Source of the DNA: Octopus sinensis
Taxonomy: Eukaryota
Assembly: GCF_006345805.1 (NCBI RefSeq)
Contig: NC_043005.1
Coordinates: forward strand, 97,898,001-97,962,000
DNA length: 64,000 bases
Direction: 5' to 3'
The notes beneath the pieces are model-generated. The model made no database searches. It saw only the letters and a list, made by a program, of their open reading frames with translations, and was not told the DNA's origin. Every line of letters begins with the position of its first letter. Position 1 is the stretch's first letter. Both the position numbers and the translations under genes were made by a program. Shown here one piece after another: positions 38,171-48,518 of this stretch.

Positions 38171-39565
38171 ATTATTGGTGAATTGAAGAAATAAGAGCTG
38201 AACGCAGAGTTGAACAGAATCGTTTTATTCATTCTACACGTGTTTCGAAAGGTACAAATTACCAAAATCCGATTGAATATGGGACCATATTGTGTCTTTC
38301 TCTTCAGAAGAAAAAAGGAATCCGTTGGAAAAACAAAAACAAACAGAGGCGGAGCCAAAAAACAAATCGAACTGTGCTCCTAAGAGCCCATGGCGAAACT
38401 GTTTTATCATTGTATGTTGAGAACCAGTGGCTGAAGAATTCAACGGGTCAGGCATCGGTCAATCATGTGGTTGAGGGTGTATAGATGTTCTTTGTGACCG
38501 AGAAAAAGTTCTGACTATTTAAGGAATATTGGATGTTTTTATGAGGGGTGAGAAAATCTACTTAGAGACGTGTGTGTGTGTATACTGTTCTATATATGTT
38601 GTGTTGGCGTAGGGGTAGAAAACACTTTTGTGTACGTGTGTGCGTTTGATCGTTCGGCTGTCATGGCTACTGCCGTGATAACCGTTGGGTGGCAGAAAAA
38701 AAAAATTAAAAAAAAAAAAAAATATATATTATTATGTTTTATGTGTGTGTGTGTTCATCTAAGCCTGCCTTGTCAAGGAAACCCCCCGCTGTGAAAAAAC
38801 CAAGCCCGTTTGTCTTACAGGAGTAATTCCCCTTGCAGTGGTTAATCGTAGATATCTTAAAGCTATTTCAGAATTTGTTACCAAGGGCTATGGGTGCCGG
38901 TATTATTTATAAACGCTATTTAAAAGGCCAGATAAGTGTAACGCCGCCAATGGGGGCATCGAAAAGCCGACTGTAAGAGCCCGTTTACCATCCGGCCTCT
39001 GGCAAACAAAATATGGAAGAGTTCGGAGACACAAAGGTTGCACTGTCTTTGCCCCTATCAATGGGAGGGCCACCGACAAAATTGACCATTCCAGCCTATA
39101 GCTTAAGTTCGCATCCTTCAGTCGCCATATTAGCTTACTGGGTCCCGTGGTCTGGCGCTTGTTCACGTCCCGAAAAGTTGCGTAATGGTTGGAGACACGC
39201 AAAGACAATCTTGAGGATGATGCCCCTACATAAGTGAAGGCATCTGAGTCCGTGTAAACCTTGCATTGGTAGAGACGGCGTTTTTGATCTTGGAGTTCGC
39301 CGACGTGAATCTTAATCTGCTAGGATTAGTTCTGAATTAGAACTGCGTTCCTGTCACTATATTCGTTCCGAGACCTGCAGCCGCTTATTACTCTATTTTC
39401 CACTACGTCACTATTAACTATAGGAATAACCCCTGATTCTCCACTATCTATCAGAGTGCTGTCATGCTACTGCCCGTGGTACTGGCTATTGCGGGAAATG
39501 ATGCTGGGGATGCTAATGGGGCTCTCTACCCTACTCCCATTGTTACCGTCAACCACAACCAAAAT

Positions 39566-39570
<5 letters not shown>
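38170..39570 (-). mobile_element. CpG-rich Penelope-like element 3' part (linker, GIY-YIG, pLTR with HHR) between (TA)n tracts
   Basis: With small indels corrected: YQCKVYTDSDA-FTYVGASSSRLSLRVSNHYATF...SKLIWRLKD...WSILSVA...CNLCVSELFHILF...RCPHWRRYTYLAF* (about 39290-38920). Confidence 0.88.
38230..38312 (-). ncRNA. hammerhead ribozyme motif, type I
   Basis: Minus strand CTGAAGA, stem II GAAAG/CTTTC, GAAAC, perfect palindromic stem III ACACGTGT, GTA triplet; stem I is weak. Confidence 0.72.
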
Positions 39571-39619
<49 letters not shown>

Positions 39620-39786
39620 CACACACATATGATGATGATGATGATGATATATATATATATATATACATACATGCATATATATATATACATATACGTATAT
39701 GTATATGTATATGTATATATATATGTGATGTATGGATTTAACTAATCTGGGGTACTCATAAAAATCTCTTTTAATGGATCAGGTTT

Positions 39787-40020
39787 CTTATTTCTTAATT
39801 GCCCACAAGGGGCTAAACACAGATGGAGCAAGCAAGGACAGACAAAGGGATTAAGTCAATTACATTGACCTCAGTGTGTAACTGGTACTTAATTTATCGA
39901 CCCTGAAAGGATGAAAGGCAAAGTTGACCTTGGCAGAATTTGAACTCAGATGGTAAAGACAGATGAAATACCGCTAAGCATTTCGCCCGGCATGCTAACG
40001 TTTCTACCAGCTTGCCGCTT
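39787..40020 (-). mobile_element. SINE type A, tail variant 2
   Basis: Reverse complement of the 22495-22727 type. Confidence 0.9.
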
Positions 40021-40147
40021 TTACTGGATCAGGCTACCAACCACCAAAACAAAAGAAAGGAATGTAATTTATAGTCTTATATGGTTGGAATCCAGTGAAT
40101 CCTAATGGTACTGATTATATCATGATGAGTATATAAAATATAAAGAA

Positions 40148-40545
40148 AGGTGCAGGAGTGGATGTGTGGTAAGTAGCTTGTTTACCAACCACATGGTTCC
40201 GGGTTCAGTTTCATTGCGTGGCACCTTATGCAAGTGCCTTCTACTATAGCCTCGGGCTGACCAAAGCCTTGTGAGTGGATTTGATAGACAGAAACTGAAA
40301 AGAAGCCCATCGTATATATGTATATGTATATATATATATGTGTGTGTATATGTTTGTCCCCACAACATCACTTGACAACCGATGCTGGTGTATTTACATC
40401 CCCGTAACTTAGTGGTTCGACAAAAGAGACCAATGGAATAAGTACTAGGCTTCCAAAGAATAAGTCCTGGGGTCGATTTGCTCAACTAAAGATGGTGCTC
40501 CAGCATGGCCTCAGTCAAATGACTGAAACAAGTAAAAAAAAAGAG
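40148..40545 (+). mobile_element. tRNA-derived SINE, type B, full-length
   Basis: Head aggtgcaggagtgg.tgtgtggtaag...ggttccgggttcag; CORE-like gtggcacctt.tgcaagtg; internal (TA/GT)n; A-rich end. Confidence 0.9.
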
Positions 40546-40904
40546 TAAAGGGAGGAGGTATATGACGAATATATTTATTCTGTCAGTTGATATTAATATA
40601 ATGGCAATCATTTCATGTCCTTTATCACATAAAAACAAATTATTTTACTGTATAATGAATAAATAATTTTACATGCTTTTATTAATTATATATAATATAA
40701 ATCATATAATACAGTTGTATAATTTATAAATCAATACAGGTAGAAAAAGCTTGCTCGTCAGGTCAAAGAATATCGTAGTTACTTTCATTCATCAATACAA
40801 TACACATATATGCCAAGAAGGGCATCAAAGTCTGCCTCAACGTATACTGGTGGACCTATGCAAGCATGAAAAATGTGGATGCTAACTGAGATGATGATCA
40901 TGAT

Positions 40905-41215
40905 GATCATCATTTAATGTCCATTTTCCATGCTGACGTGGGTTGGATGGTTTGACCTGTGCTGGTAAAGCCAGGAGCCACAACAGGCTCCATTGTCTGT
41001 TCTAACATGGTTTCTAGGGCTGGATGCCCTTCTTGATGTTAACCACTTTACAGAGTGCACTGGGTGCCTTTTTATGTGGCACCAGCACCAGTGCTCTTAA
41101 CATGGCACCAGCATGAGTGCTTTTTACACAGCACCTTCACTGGCATCAATTCTGCTGTGGGGGGACAAGTCTTCTTGATCACAACGATGTGCCAGATATC
41201 TCGGTCCTTTGTCAT
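40905..41215 (-). mobile_element. RTE 3' UTR fragment
   Basis: catcatttaatgtcc.ttttccatgc...ggctggatgcccttc. Confidence 0.8.
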
Positions 41216-41678
41216 TGATTGAAAGTCAGTGATCAGCTCTGACGAAACTGTTACAACTTTGACTTCCTATAATGATTCATAACAATGATTTTTATACTTC
41301 TTAATTCCACCTCAAATCATTTATTTGTATGTATATATCCTTGATTTTATTTGAAAGCCATCACTTTTATACCTAATGTGCATTTTCTTTGTTTCTTTTT
41401 ACTTTTTCTCTATGTAGTCTTTTTTCTTTCAAACCTGTTTCTATTATATTATATATATATATATTGAAGAAATAAAAGGTATAATTATCCCCTTATGCAG
41501 CTCAACTAATTAGTGCACTAATAGAGCCTCAGGAATATAAAACCAAGAAAGTACGAACATATTTCAAAGGTCAGTGTTCTTATTCACTCGATATATTTCA
41601 AAGCATCAGAATACTCCACAGCATACATAGGTGCATTCATATACACCAGATATAATATAAAAATTATATATACATATG

Positions 41679-41710
<32 letters not shown>

Positions 41711-41730
41711 CATACACACACACACACACA

Positions 41731-42176
41731 TATATATATAATTTAAAAATAGGATAAAATCTTTATAAGAATTTATCAAGTAGTCAGCATGAAAAACCTC
41801 ATAAGAGAAAAAATCCACCAATGTTTTCACTTAAATATATTTATTTATATTATATAGAGGGCATTACTACACATAAGTGCCACACACTAGGAGGGACTCT
41901 TAAAGTCAAAACTACTAAAATAAATAAAGATCGTACCGAATGCAACTTTCGAAGCAAGTCCTTTAAAAACAGAATTTAGCTGCAAATCACCGTGATTTCA
42001 TAATTAGTGCAGTGGTGCACTCTTTACTCATCAGTGCAAGCATAATTCAAGATTTATAATGAATGGACAAAATCAAAATATGTGTTTGTTTATTTTAGTA
42101 GTTTTGACTTTAGGAGTCCCTCCTAGTGTGTGGAATTTATGTGTTGTAATGCCCTCTATATAATATATATTATATG

Positions 42177-42180
<4 letters not shown>
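41731..42180. mobile_element. fold-back element in (TA)n with a hammerhead in the loop
   Basis: Inverted arms about 41846-41928 / 42088-42170; tail 41731-41845. Confidence 0.85.
41979..42041 (-). ncRNA. intact-looking type I hammerhead ribozyme
   Basis: Minus strand GCtTGCA-CTGATGA-GTAA ag AGTGCA ccac TGCACT aa TTAT-GAAA-TCAC g GTGA-TT-TGCAGC. Stems I, II and III all pair; AUU cleavage triplet. Confidence 0.82.
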
Positions 42181-42212
<32 letters not shown>

Positions 42213-42490
42213 GTGTGTGCATAGATATACATACACATAGAGAAGTTCTGAGGAAGATATACAGTGATGACAAGCACTCAGCTCTGAGTGCACTGCATCT
42301 CATAGCAGAAACAGGTGTAAGCTAATGAAGTTGATCAAATAATTCTTGTTCCAAATCCTCTCTTTAATTTCATATTAATCTCTGTACACTCCTAATGCTT
42401 TATTCTGAAGCATATGTATTTTGAGTTCTTACACCATGTTATTAGTATTACTACGTTCAAGTGAAATCTTGGTATACACAAACAAACACA

Positions 42491-42530
<40 letters not shown>

Positions 42531-42559
42531 CACACACACACACATATGGTCAGGTTGTT

Positions 42560-43150
42560 GGCAACTAGACCAGCACCCCTGCCACGATTGCCTGGTGAGG
42601 AGGGTTGCTAGAAACCCAGCAAGATTAAAAGCAAGACCTGTCAAAGGGATTGATGAGCCTAATGTAGGTTCCACAACTCTTTAGCAAAAGCATGGGCCTA
42701 CAGAAATTCTGGGTTAGTGTCCAGCATATTGGAAACATCGCTGGGAGTGAGGCACCTCTTGGCTTTTGTTAAAACATGCTTTTAGGAGGCATGCAGAGAA
42801 TGGCATCGAACATTTTGGGAATCTTTTGCTTCAGCTTTAAGATGATGGCACACTCACATTTCTGAGTCTGCAATTCATATTGGCACTGGATATCTTGCCC
42901 TGCTTTGTCTCTGAATAATGACAATATAATGGAAAGGATCTTGAGGTACTGCGCATGCCTTATTGGACCTAGAATTTTAGGGTGTGCAATAGCTGTGTGG
43001 TGACTATCTGATGCCTTGTCGAGTAAAAGGTACCATGGTGAGATTGGAAGCTGTGATGCAAACCCAGGTGAAGCTGACTGTTGGTGCAATAACCTTACAT
43101 AGTCATTACTGGCATTTGGCATGAACAATGATCAGTGATGATCTTTCTCA
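42560..43150 (+). repeat. old unclassified interspersed repeat, homologous to 32340-32960
   Basis: Colinear similarity with the 32340-32960 copy. Confidence 0.7.
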
Positions 43151-43213
43151 GTTACAAGCAGATAGCCATTAATCAATGTGTGTGTATATATATATATATA
43201 TATATTATATAGA

Positions 43214-43244
<31 letters not shown>

Positions 43245-43639
43245 GTACATATAATACATATAATACATACAATTGTCTGTTGTGGTATGGTTTCTACAGC
43301 TGGGATGCCCTTCCTTGTGCCAACCACTTGACAGAGTGTACTCGGTGCTTTTTACATGCCACCAGTTCAGGTGACCTTATGCAGTACAGGCATGGATGCG
43401 TTTATGCAGCATCAGCACGTTGTATGGAATATCATTGACTGCAGCCATGCTAGAGCACTGCCTTGAGGGATTTTAGTTGAACAAATCAACCCCAGGACTT
43501 TCATTTAAGCCTAGTACATATTCTGTCAGTCTCTTTTAGCCAGACTGCAAAGTTCTTACCACAGCCACACAACTATACAAGTTCTTTTTGTGAATCATAT
43601 ACTAGCATCTTTCCCACTGGATGCAGAGTAGCTGAAAGG

Positions 43640-43905
43640 TTAAGAAGTTTGCTGACAACTACCAGGTCCCATGTTCAATCCCCACTTCATGACATCATGG
43701 ACAAGAGTCATTTGCAATAGCTGCAAAACTGACCCAGGCCTTGAGAGTGAAACTGGGTAGACGGAAACTGTGTGGAATCCCTTCAGCTGGATTGTACTTG
43801 TAATTGAAAGATACAGCCTTGTCACGTACTATGTCATGCTGATTCTGCCTGAGAACTACGTTAAGTGTACATGTTGTTTGTGGAGTACTCGGCCAGTTAC
43901 ACACT
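43640..43905 (+). mobile_element. degraded SINE type B-like head with an alternative tail (tail also at 9985-10160)
   Basis: gagaactacgttaag.gta...tgtggagt.ctc.gcca occurs at both loci. Confidence 0.65.
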
Positions 43906-44075
43906 AATTCAATTTTTTCAAGTATTTCAGTTCACTGAACAACCAAACATTGTCTTTCAATACCTTTGGAGACCCATATCTCTTCAGTTCTTCACAATTC
44001 TTCTATGACAATTTCCAATCAGCCAGAAGTATGGTCTACAGAACAAATAACCTTTATAATTTCTTAATCGCTTAA

Positions 44076-44263
44076 CTCCTTTATCATTCAGATTAATCTG
44101 TTGAATCTAAGGCTTATTTATTCACATTGTTTTGAATTGATTATAAATTCTCTTGTAGCTTTGAGATTTTGCTGATGTGATTACTCATTTCACTGTAGGT
44201 GAGAGAGACTGAATCTGGCTGGTCTGAACCTGAAACAAATGGCCAGTTTTAAATGCTAAAGGG
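44076..44263. mobile_element. piggyBac-type MITE
   Basis: TTAA flanks (44072-44075, 44264-44267); termini ctcctttatcatt / aatgctaaaggg. Confidence 0.65.
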
Positions 44264-44514
44264 TTAAATCGACAGTTCTCAAACAGAGCTTTAACAACCA
44301 CTTCAGGATGGGGTAAACATGAAGGGAGTACTGTGGGTAGTGCAGATAGAGTGTGAGTTGCCTAGGGCAAGTCCTGAGTTTGCCACTTCCCCGAGTTTGT
44401 CCTCCCCCAGTTTACTGCTTGTACAGGCTCATGCAACAGACCCAAAAGTGTCGTTCTTATGGAAGCATTAACCAAGGTGGACCACCTGCAGTGTAATCTG
44501 AGGACATGTACTGA

Positions 44515-45128
44515 GAGTGATAAAGATCAAGCATCCAGTCAAAATTATGGTGTTTGGAGTGATTACTAATAATGGTGACATTATACCCCCATTCATCTTC
44601 CCACACAGCTTCAGACTCAACACGGAGGCCTAGATCAAGTGCCTGGAGGAGATAGTGCTGTCCTGGGTCAAGAGAGTGGCTGTTGGAAGAGTCTATGTTT
44701 AGCAACAGGACCCTGCACCAAACCACACAAGCAGGAGAACCCAGTCATGGCTGTTAGATAATTTTTGTGACCACATCACCCCTAACAGCTGACCATCTAA
44801 CTCCTCAGACTGCAACCCCCTTGATTATTATGTGTGGGGTGCAGTTGAGCAAGAGACTAACAAAACTCCTTGTAACACCAAAGATGAAGGTAAGGATTAT
44901 GGCAGCATTCGCCACCTTAAACAAGGAGACTGTCCAGAAGGGTTGCAGGAGATTCCAAAGTCGTCTGGAAGCCATGGTTGAAGCTAATGGTGATTTTATT
45001 AAATAAATTTATTCTTTAGTATTTCAAGATATTTTATGCAGTTTTGGTAAATATATCTGTTAAAATGAGATGTCAGTGTTATTTTCATTTTTGCATAATT
45101 TAGACGATAATTAATTCACCACACCCTA
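44515..45128 (+). mobile_element. Tc1/mariner DD37D (maT-type) transposase 3' half and TIR
   Basis: KHPVKIMVFGVI...QQDPAPNH..(37 residues)..DCNPLDYYVWGAVE...RLEAMVEANGDFIK*; ends caccacaccct then TA. Confidence 0.88.
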
Positions 45129-45474
45129 TATATATAAATTCATTTCATAATATATGTATTTAACTAATTCGGTAGTAATCATAAAAAAAGATCCTTAACG
45201 TATCAGGCTGCTAATCACATAAAATGTATAATCCAATACAACAGAAAAACAAGCTTATTATCTGTATTAATTTATAAATTGTATAATCAATATCATATAG
45301 AATTAGTACAGACATGTAAATAATATATTACTTATGATAAAATATTAATAAAATATTACTTATGATAAATAAATTATTAGTACATGTTAGTAAGCTGCAA
45401 AACAATTGTAGTTGAATATGGATATCCAATGGTAAAATAAATTTTATCCATTGTATACTTCCTTGCTTTATTTA

Positions 45475-45828
45475 TAACAAGCAGTATCGCCTGGCGTTGC
45501 TCAGGTTTGTTTCGACCCTTTAGAATTGGAATTTTTGAAAAGTAAAATTTTGCATAGCTTGTTATTCGCTTTAAGTGAACATTTTTCTGGTTGAAATACA
45601 CCGAAAAATGGCGACACATAGAAAAGAAAGCACCTTTTTGATGTAAATAATTTTTGGTGTTAACATGGTCCGATTTGAATTTTTCTTCAATGGAGGGAAG
45701 AGCAAACCTTCTTCTATCATACTCTCAATTTTGGTCAACTTGTGCTGCAGGGTCTTGGAGGAGATAGCGTTAGTTGAAGGCTACCAAACCTGCCACAGAG
45801 ACAACTTCAGCTTTATATATAGAGAGAT
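45475..45828 (+). mobile_element. non-autonomous Helitron-like element
   Basis: Starts agcagtatcgcctggcgttgctcagg and ends acagagacaacttcagctttatatatagag, resembling invertebrate non-autonomous Helitron/Helentron ends. No coding support. Confidence 0.45.
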
Positions 45829-45838
45829 TTATACATAC

Positions 45839-45879
<41 letters not shown>

Positions 45880-45904
45880 TATATATATATATATTAAATA
45901 TATA

Positions 45905-46575
45905 TCATATCATCATCATCATCATCATCATCATTATCAGCATCATCATTTAACATCTGTTTTCCATGCTGGTATGAGTTGGATAGTTTGACTGAGGTCT
46001 GGCGAGCCAGTGGGCTGCACCAGCTCCAATCTGATCTGGCAAAATTTCTATAGCTGGATGCCCTCCTAATGCCAACCACTCTGAGAGTGTAGTGGGTGCT
46101 TTTTATGTGCCTCCGCATGGGAGCCAGTCAGAAGGCACTGGCATCAACCATGTTTGGATGGTGCTTTTTACATGCCACCGACATGGAAGACAGTCAGGCA
46201 GCACTAGCCATGGCTACAGTCTCTGTTTTGGTTTTACTTGACTCAACAGGTCTTCTCAAGCATATCATATTGCCCAACATGATCAGTGGGCTGATCATGC
46301 GACACTGTCATCGGCCCATTGCTGCAATCTCACTTTACTTGCTGGGTCTTTTCAATCACAGCATATCTCCAAAGGTCTCGGTCTCATGTCATTGCTTCTG
46401 TGAGGCCCACCACCACATCCCATGTCTTCCTGGGTCTACCTCTTCCACATGTTCCTCCCACTGTTAGGGTGTGGCACTTCCTCACACAGCTGTCCTCATC
46501 CATACATAACACATGACCCTACCAGTGCAGTCCTCTCTCTTGCCCCACCACATTTGATGCTTCTTATGTCCAGCT
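45905..46575 (-). mobile_element. RTE 3' fragment (ORF end and UTR)
   Basis: Minus strand LHW*GHV..MDEDSCVRKCHTL..GTCGRGRPRKTWD. Confidence 0.85.
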
Positions 46576-46594
46576 TTTCTTTCATATATATATA

Positions 46595-46790
46595 CCAGAG
46601 TAAGCACAGGAATGGGAAACAAGGTGGAAAAAAAAACAGTACCTGAATACCGGAAGTGGAGTAATATGCTTTATTAATAAAGCTTCAAAGACATCACAAA
46701 AACTGTTACTCAGAGTTTCCCGTTCCCATTCGTCAGAGTGTGAAACTCTGAGTAACAGTTTTTGTGATGTCTTTGTAGCTTTATTAATCA
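46595..46790. mobile_element. fold-back element in (TA)n, 47-bp arms, HHR-like loop
   Basis: Arms 46673-46719 / 46742-46788 with one mismatch. Confidence 0.85.
46701..46741 (-). ncRNA. degenerate minimal hammerhead motif
   Basis: Minus strand CTGACGA-atgggaacgg-GAAAC-tctga-GTA-acagtt; stem III ACTC t GAGT; stems I and II imperfect. Confidence 0.5.
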
Positions 46791-46798
46791 AGTATGTT

Positions 46799-46837
<39 letters not shown>

Positions 46838-46857
46838 TATATATATACATACAGTTG

Positions 46858-47155
46858 AATAAGGGTAGAAATTGATATAAATCAATTAAAACCAGTGGCC
46901 TAGCATATTAAGAAAATACGAAGATTAAAATAATTTTTACATACAAAATTTAAAGGACTGACCACTAAAACTGGACAGTCAATATGCTAGATATAGACGT
47001 CAAAATCACTATTTTCCACGATGAATGTGTTCTCAAGAATGTGTTCTCGAAGAATGTTTTCTTGAGAACACATTCTTCGTGGAAAATAGCGATTTTGACG
47101 TCTATATCTAGCATATTGACCGTCCACTTTTAGTGGTCAGTCCTTTAAATTTTAT
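46858..47155 (+). mobile_element. fold-back element (tail plus about 95-bp arms), same family as 17714-17940
   Basis: Arms 46945-47039 / 47059-47153; (TA)n flanks. Confidence 0.9.
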
Positions 47156-47189
47156 ATATACATACATATACATATACATACATACATAC

Positions 47190-47235
<46 letters not shown>

Positions 47236-47238
47236 TTA

Positions 47239-48285
47239 TCATATTTAAGTTCACGACCTGTCCCTCTTTCATTGTTTTTGCAAGTATTATATCACCATCA
47301 AGCCTTATTATTTGTTCCCCCATATATTATCGTTATCCTTCGTCTCAAATGCTAGCTGAAGCATAAACTTTCGGTCTCACAAAAACTTATTCACACGACC
47401 GCAAAAAAACATCTCGTCTCAAATCTGGTCTTTCTGTCGCTTAATTCTCTACCCATCTTCCCAACTTACACTCATAGAAAATTATGCACACGACCGCAAA
47501 CCTTCTCCATCTCAAATTTGCCTTTCTTACTGCCGCATAAATCTCGTCTTCTCCCAGTGCGCATGTTCGTTTTTGCCCCTCTGTTATCACCATGTCTCTC
47601 TCCCTCCCTCTCTCTCTCTCTCTTTCTCTGCGGGGTGTCGTTTTCCTTCCCTCTGTTATCGCTGTCTCTCTCTCTCTCTATATAATATTATATTTCACTT
47701 TCACTCGCTGCCACAGGCTTCTACCCACACCTCCGCTCCCCTCTCCCTATAAAACCCTACGCACATCGCTGTCTCTCTCTCTCTCTATATATATATATTT
47801 CACTTTCACTTCACTCGCTGCCACAGGCTTCTACCCACACCTCCGCTCCCCTCCCCTATAAACCCTACGCATGAGGCTTGACCGCCCTATTATTGCTTTC
47901 CTCCTGGCTATAACACACGAACTACGAACTGCAGGATGATGAATAATATCAGCTAAGTCATATTTAAGTTCACGACCTGTCCCTCTTTCATTGTTTTTGC
48001 AAGTATTATTATCACCATCAAGCCTTATTATTGTGTCCCCCCTATATTATCGTTATCCTTCGTCTCAAATGCTAGCTGAAGCATATAAACTTTCGCTCAC
48101 AAAAACTTATTCACACGACCGCAAAAAAACATCTCGTCTCAAATCTGGTCTTTCTGTCGCTTAATTCTCTAACCCATCTTTCCCAACTTACACTCATAGA
48201 AAATTATGCACACGACTGCAAACTTTCCATCTCAAATCTTGCCTTTCTTACTGCCGCCACTAATCTCGTCTTCTCCCAGTGCGCA
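47239..48285. repeat. unclassified tandem duplication (about 325-bp unit, period 719) with an internal about 70-bp duplication
   Basis: 47239-47563 matches 47958-48285; about 47693-47765 matches 47798-47872. Confidence 0.9.
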
Positions 48286-48313
48286 GTGCGCCCGCCCTCC
48301 CGCCCCCACCACC

Positions 48314-48364
48314 AGTACCGGAAGTCCTTATCTCACCACAAGTACCGGAAGTCCTTATCTCACC
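48314..48364 (+). promoter_or_regulatory. 24-bp direct repeat, each copy with an ETS-type ACCGGAAGT motif
   Basis: agtaccggaagtccttatctcacc at 48314-48337 and 48341-48364. Function is inferred only. Confidence 0.35.
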
Positions 48365-48518
48365 TTGCCTTCCTTTGCTTTTCTTCCATGAACACCTAAA
48401 GGCCTTAAACCAATACCACCCCTTCTATATATGGTGGTGACCATACGGCGCAAAAACATGTTAGTGCAGTGTAACAGGTTGAACTTAAGTTCATTGCTTT
48501 GCTTATGAATTCTGCCAT

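Noticed and set aside
41221-41255. GAAA...CTGACGA arrangement resembling a type II hammerhead
   Set aside because: Stem III register and stem II do not pair as required.
41560-41620. Minus-strand ctgatgc...gaaatatatc in a (TA)n-flanked element
   Set aside because: The core is incomplete (no CTGANGA, no stem II).
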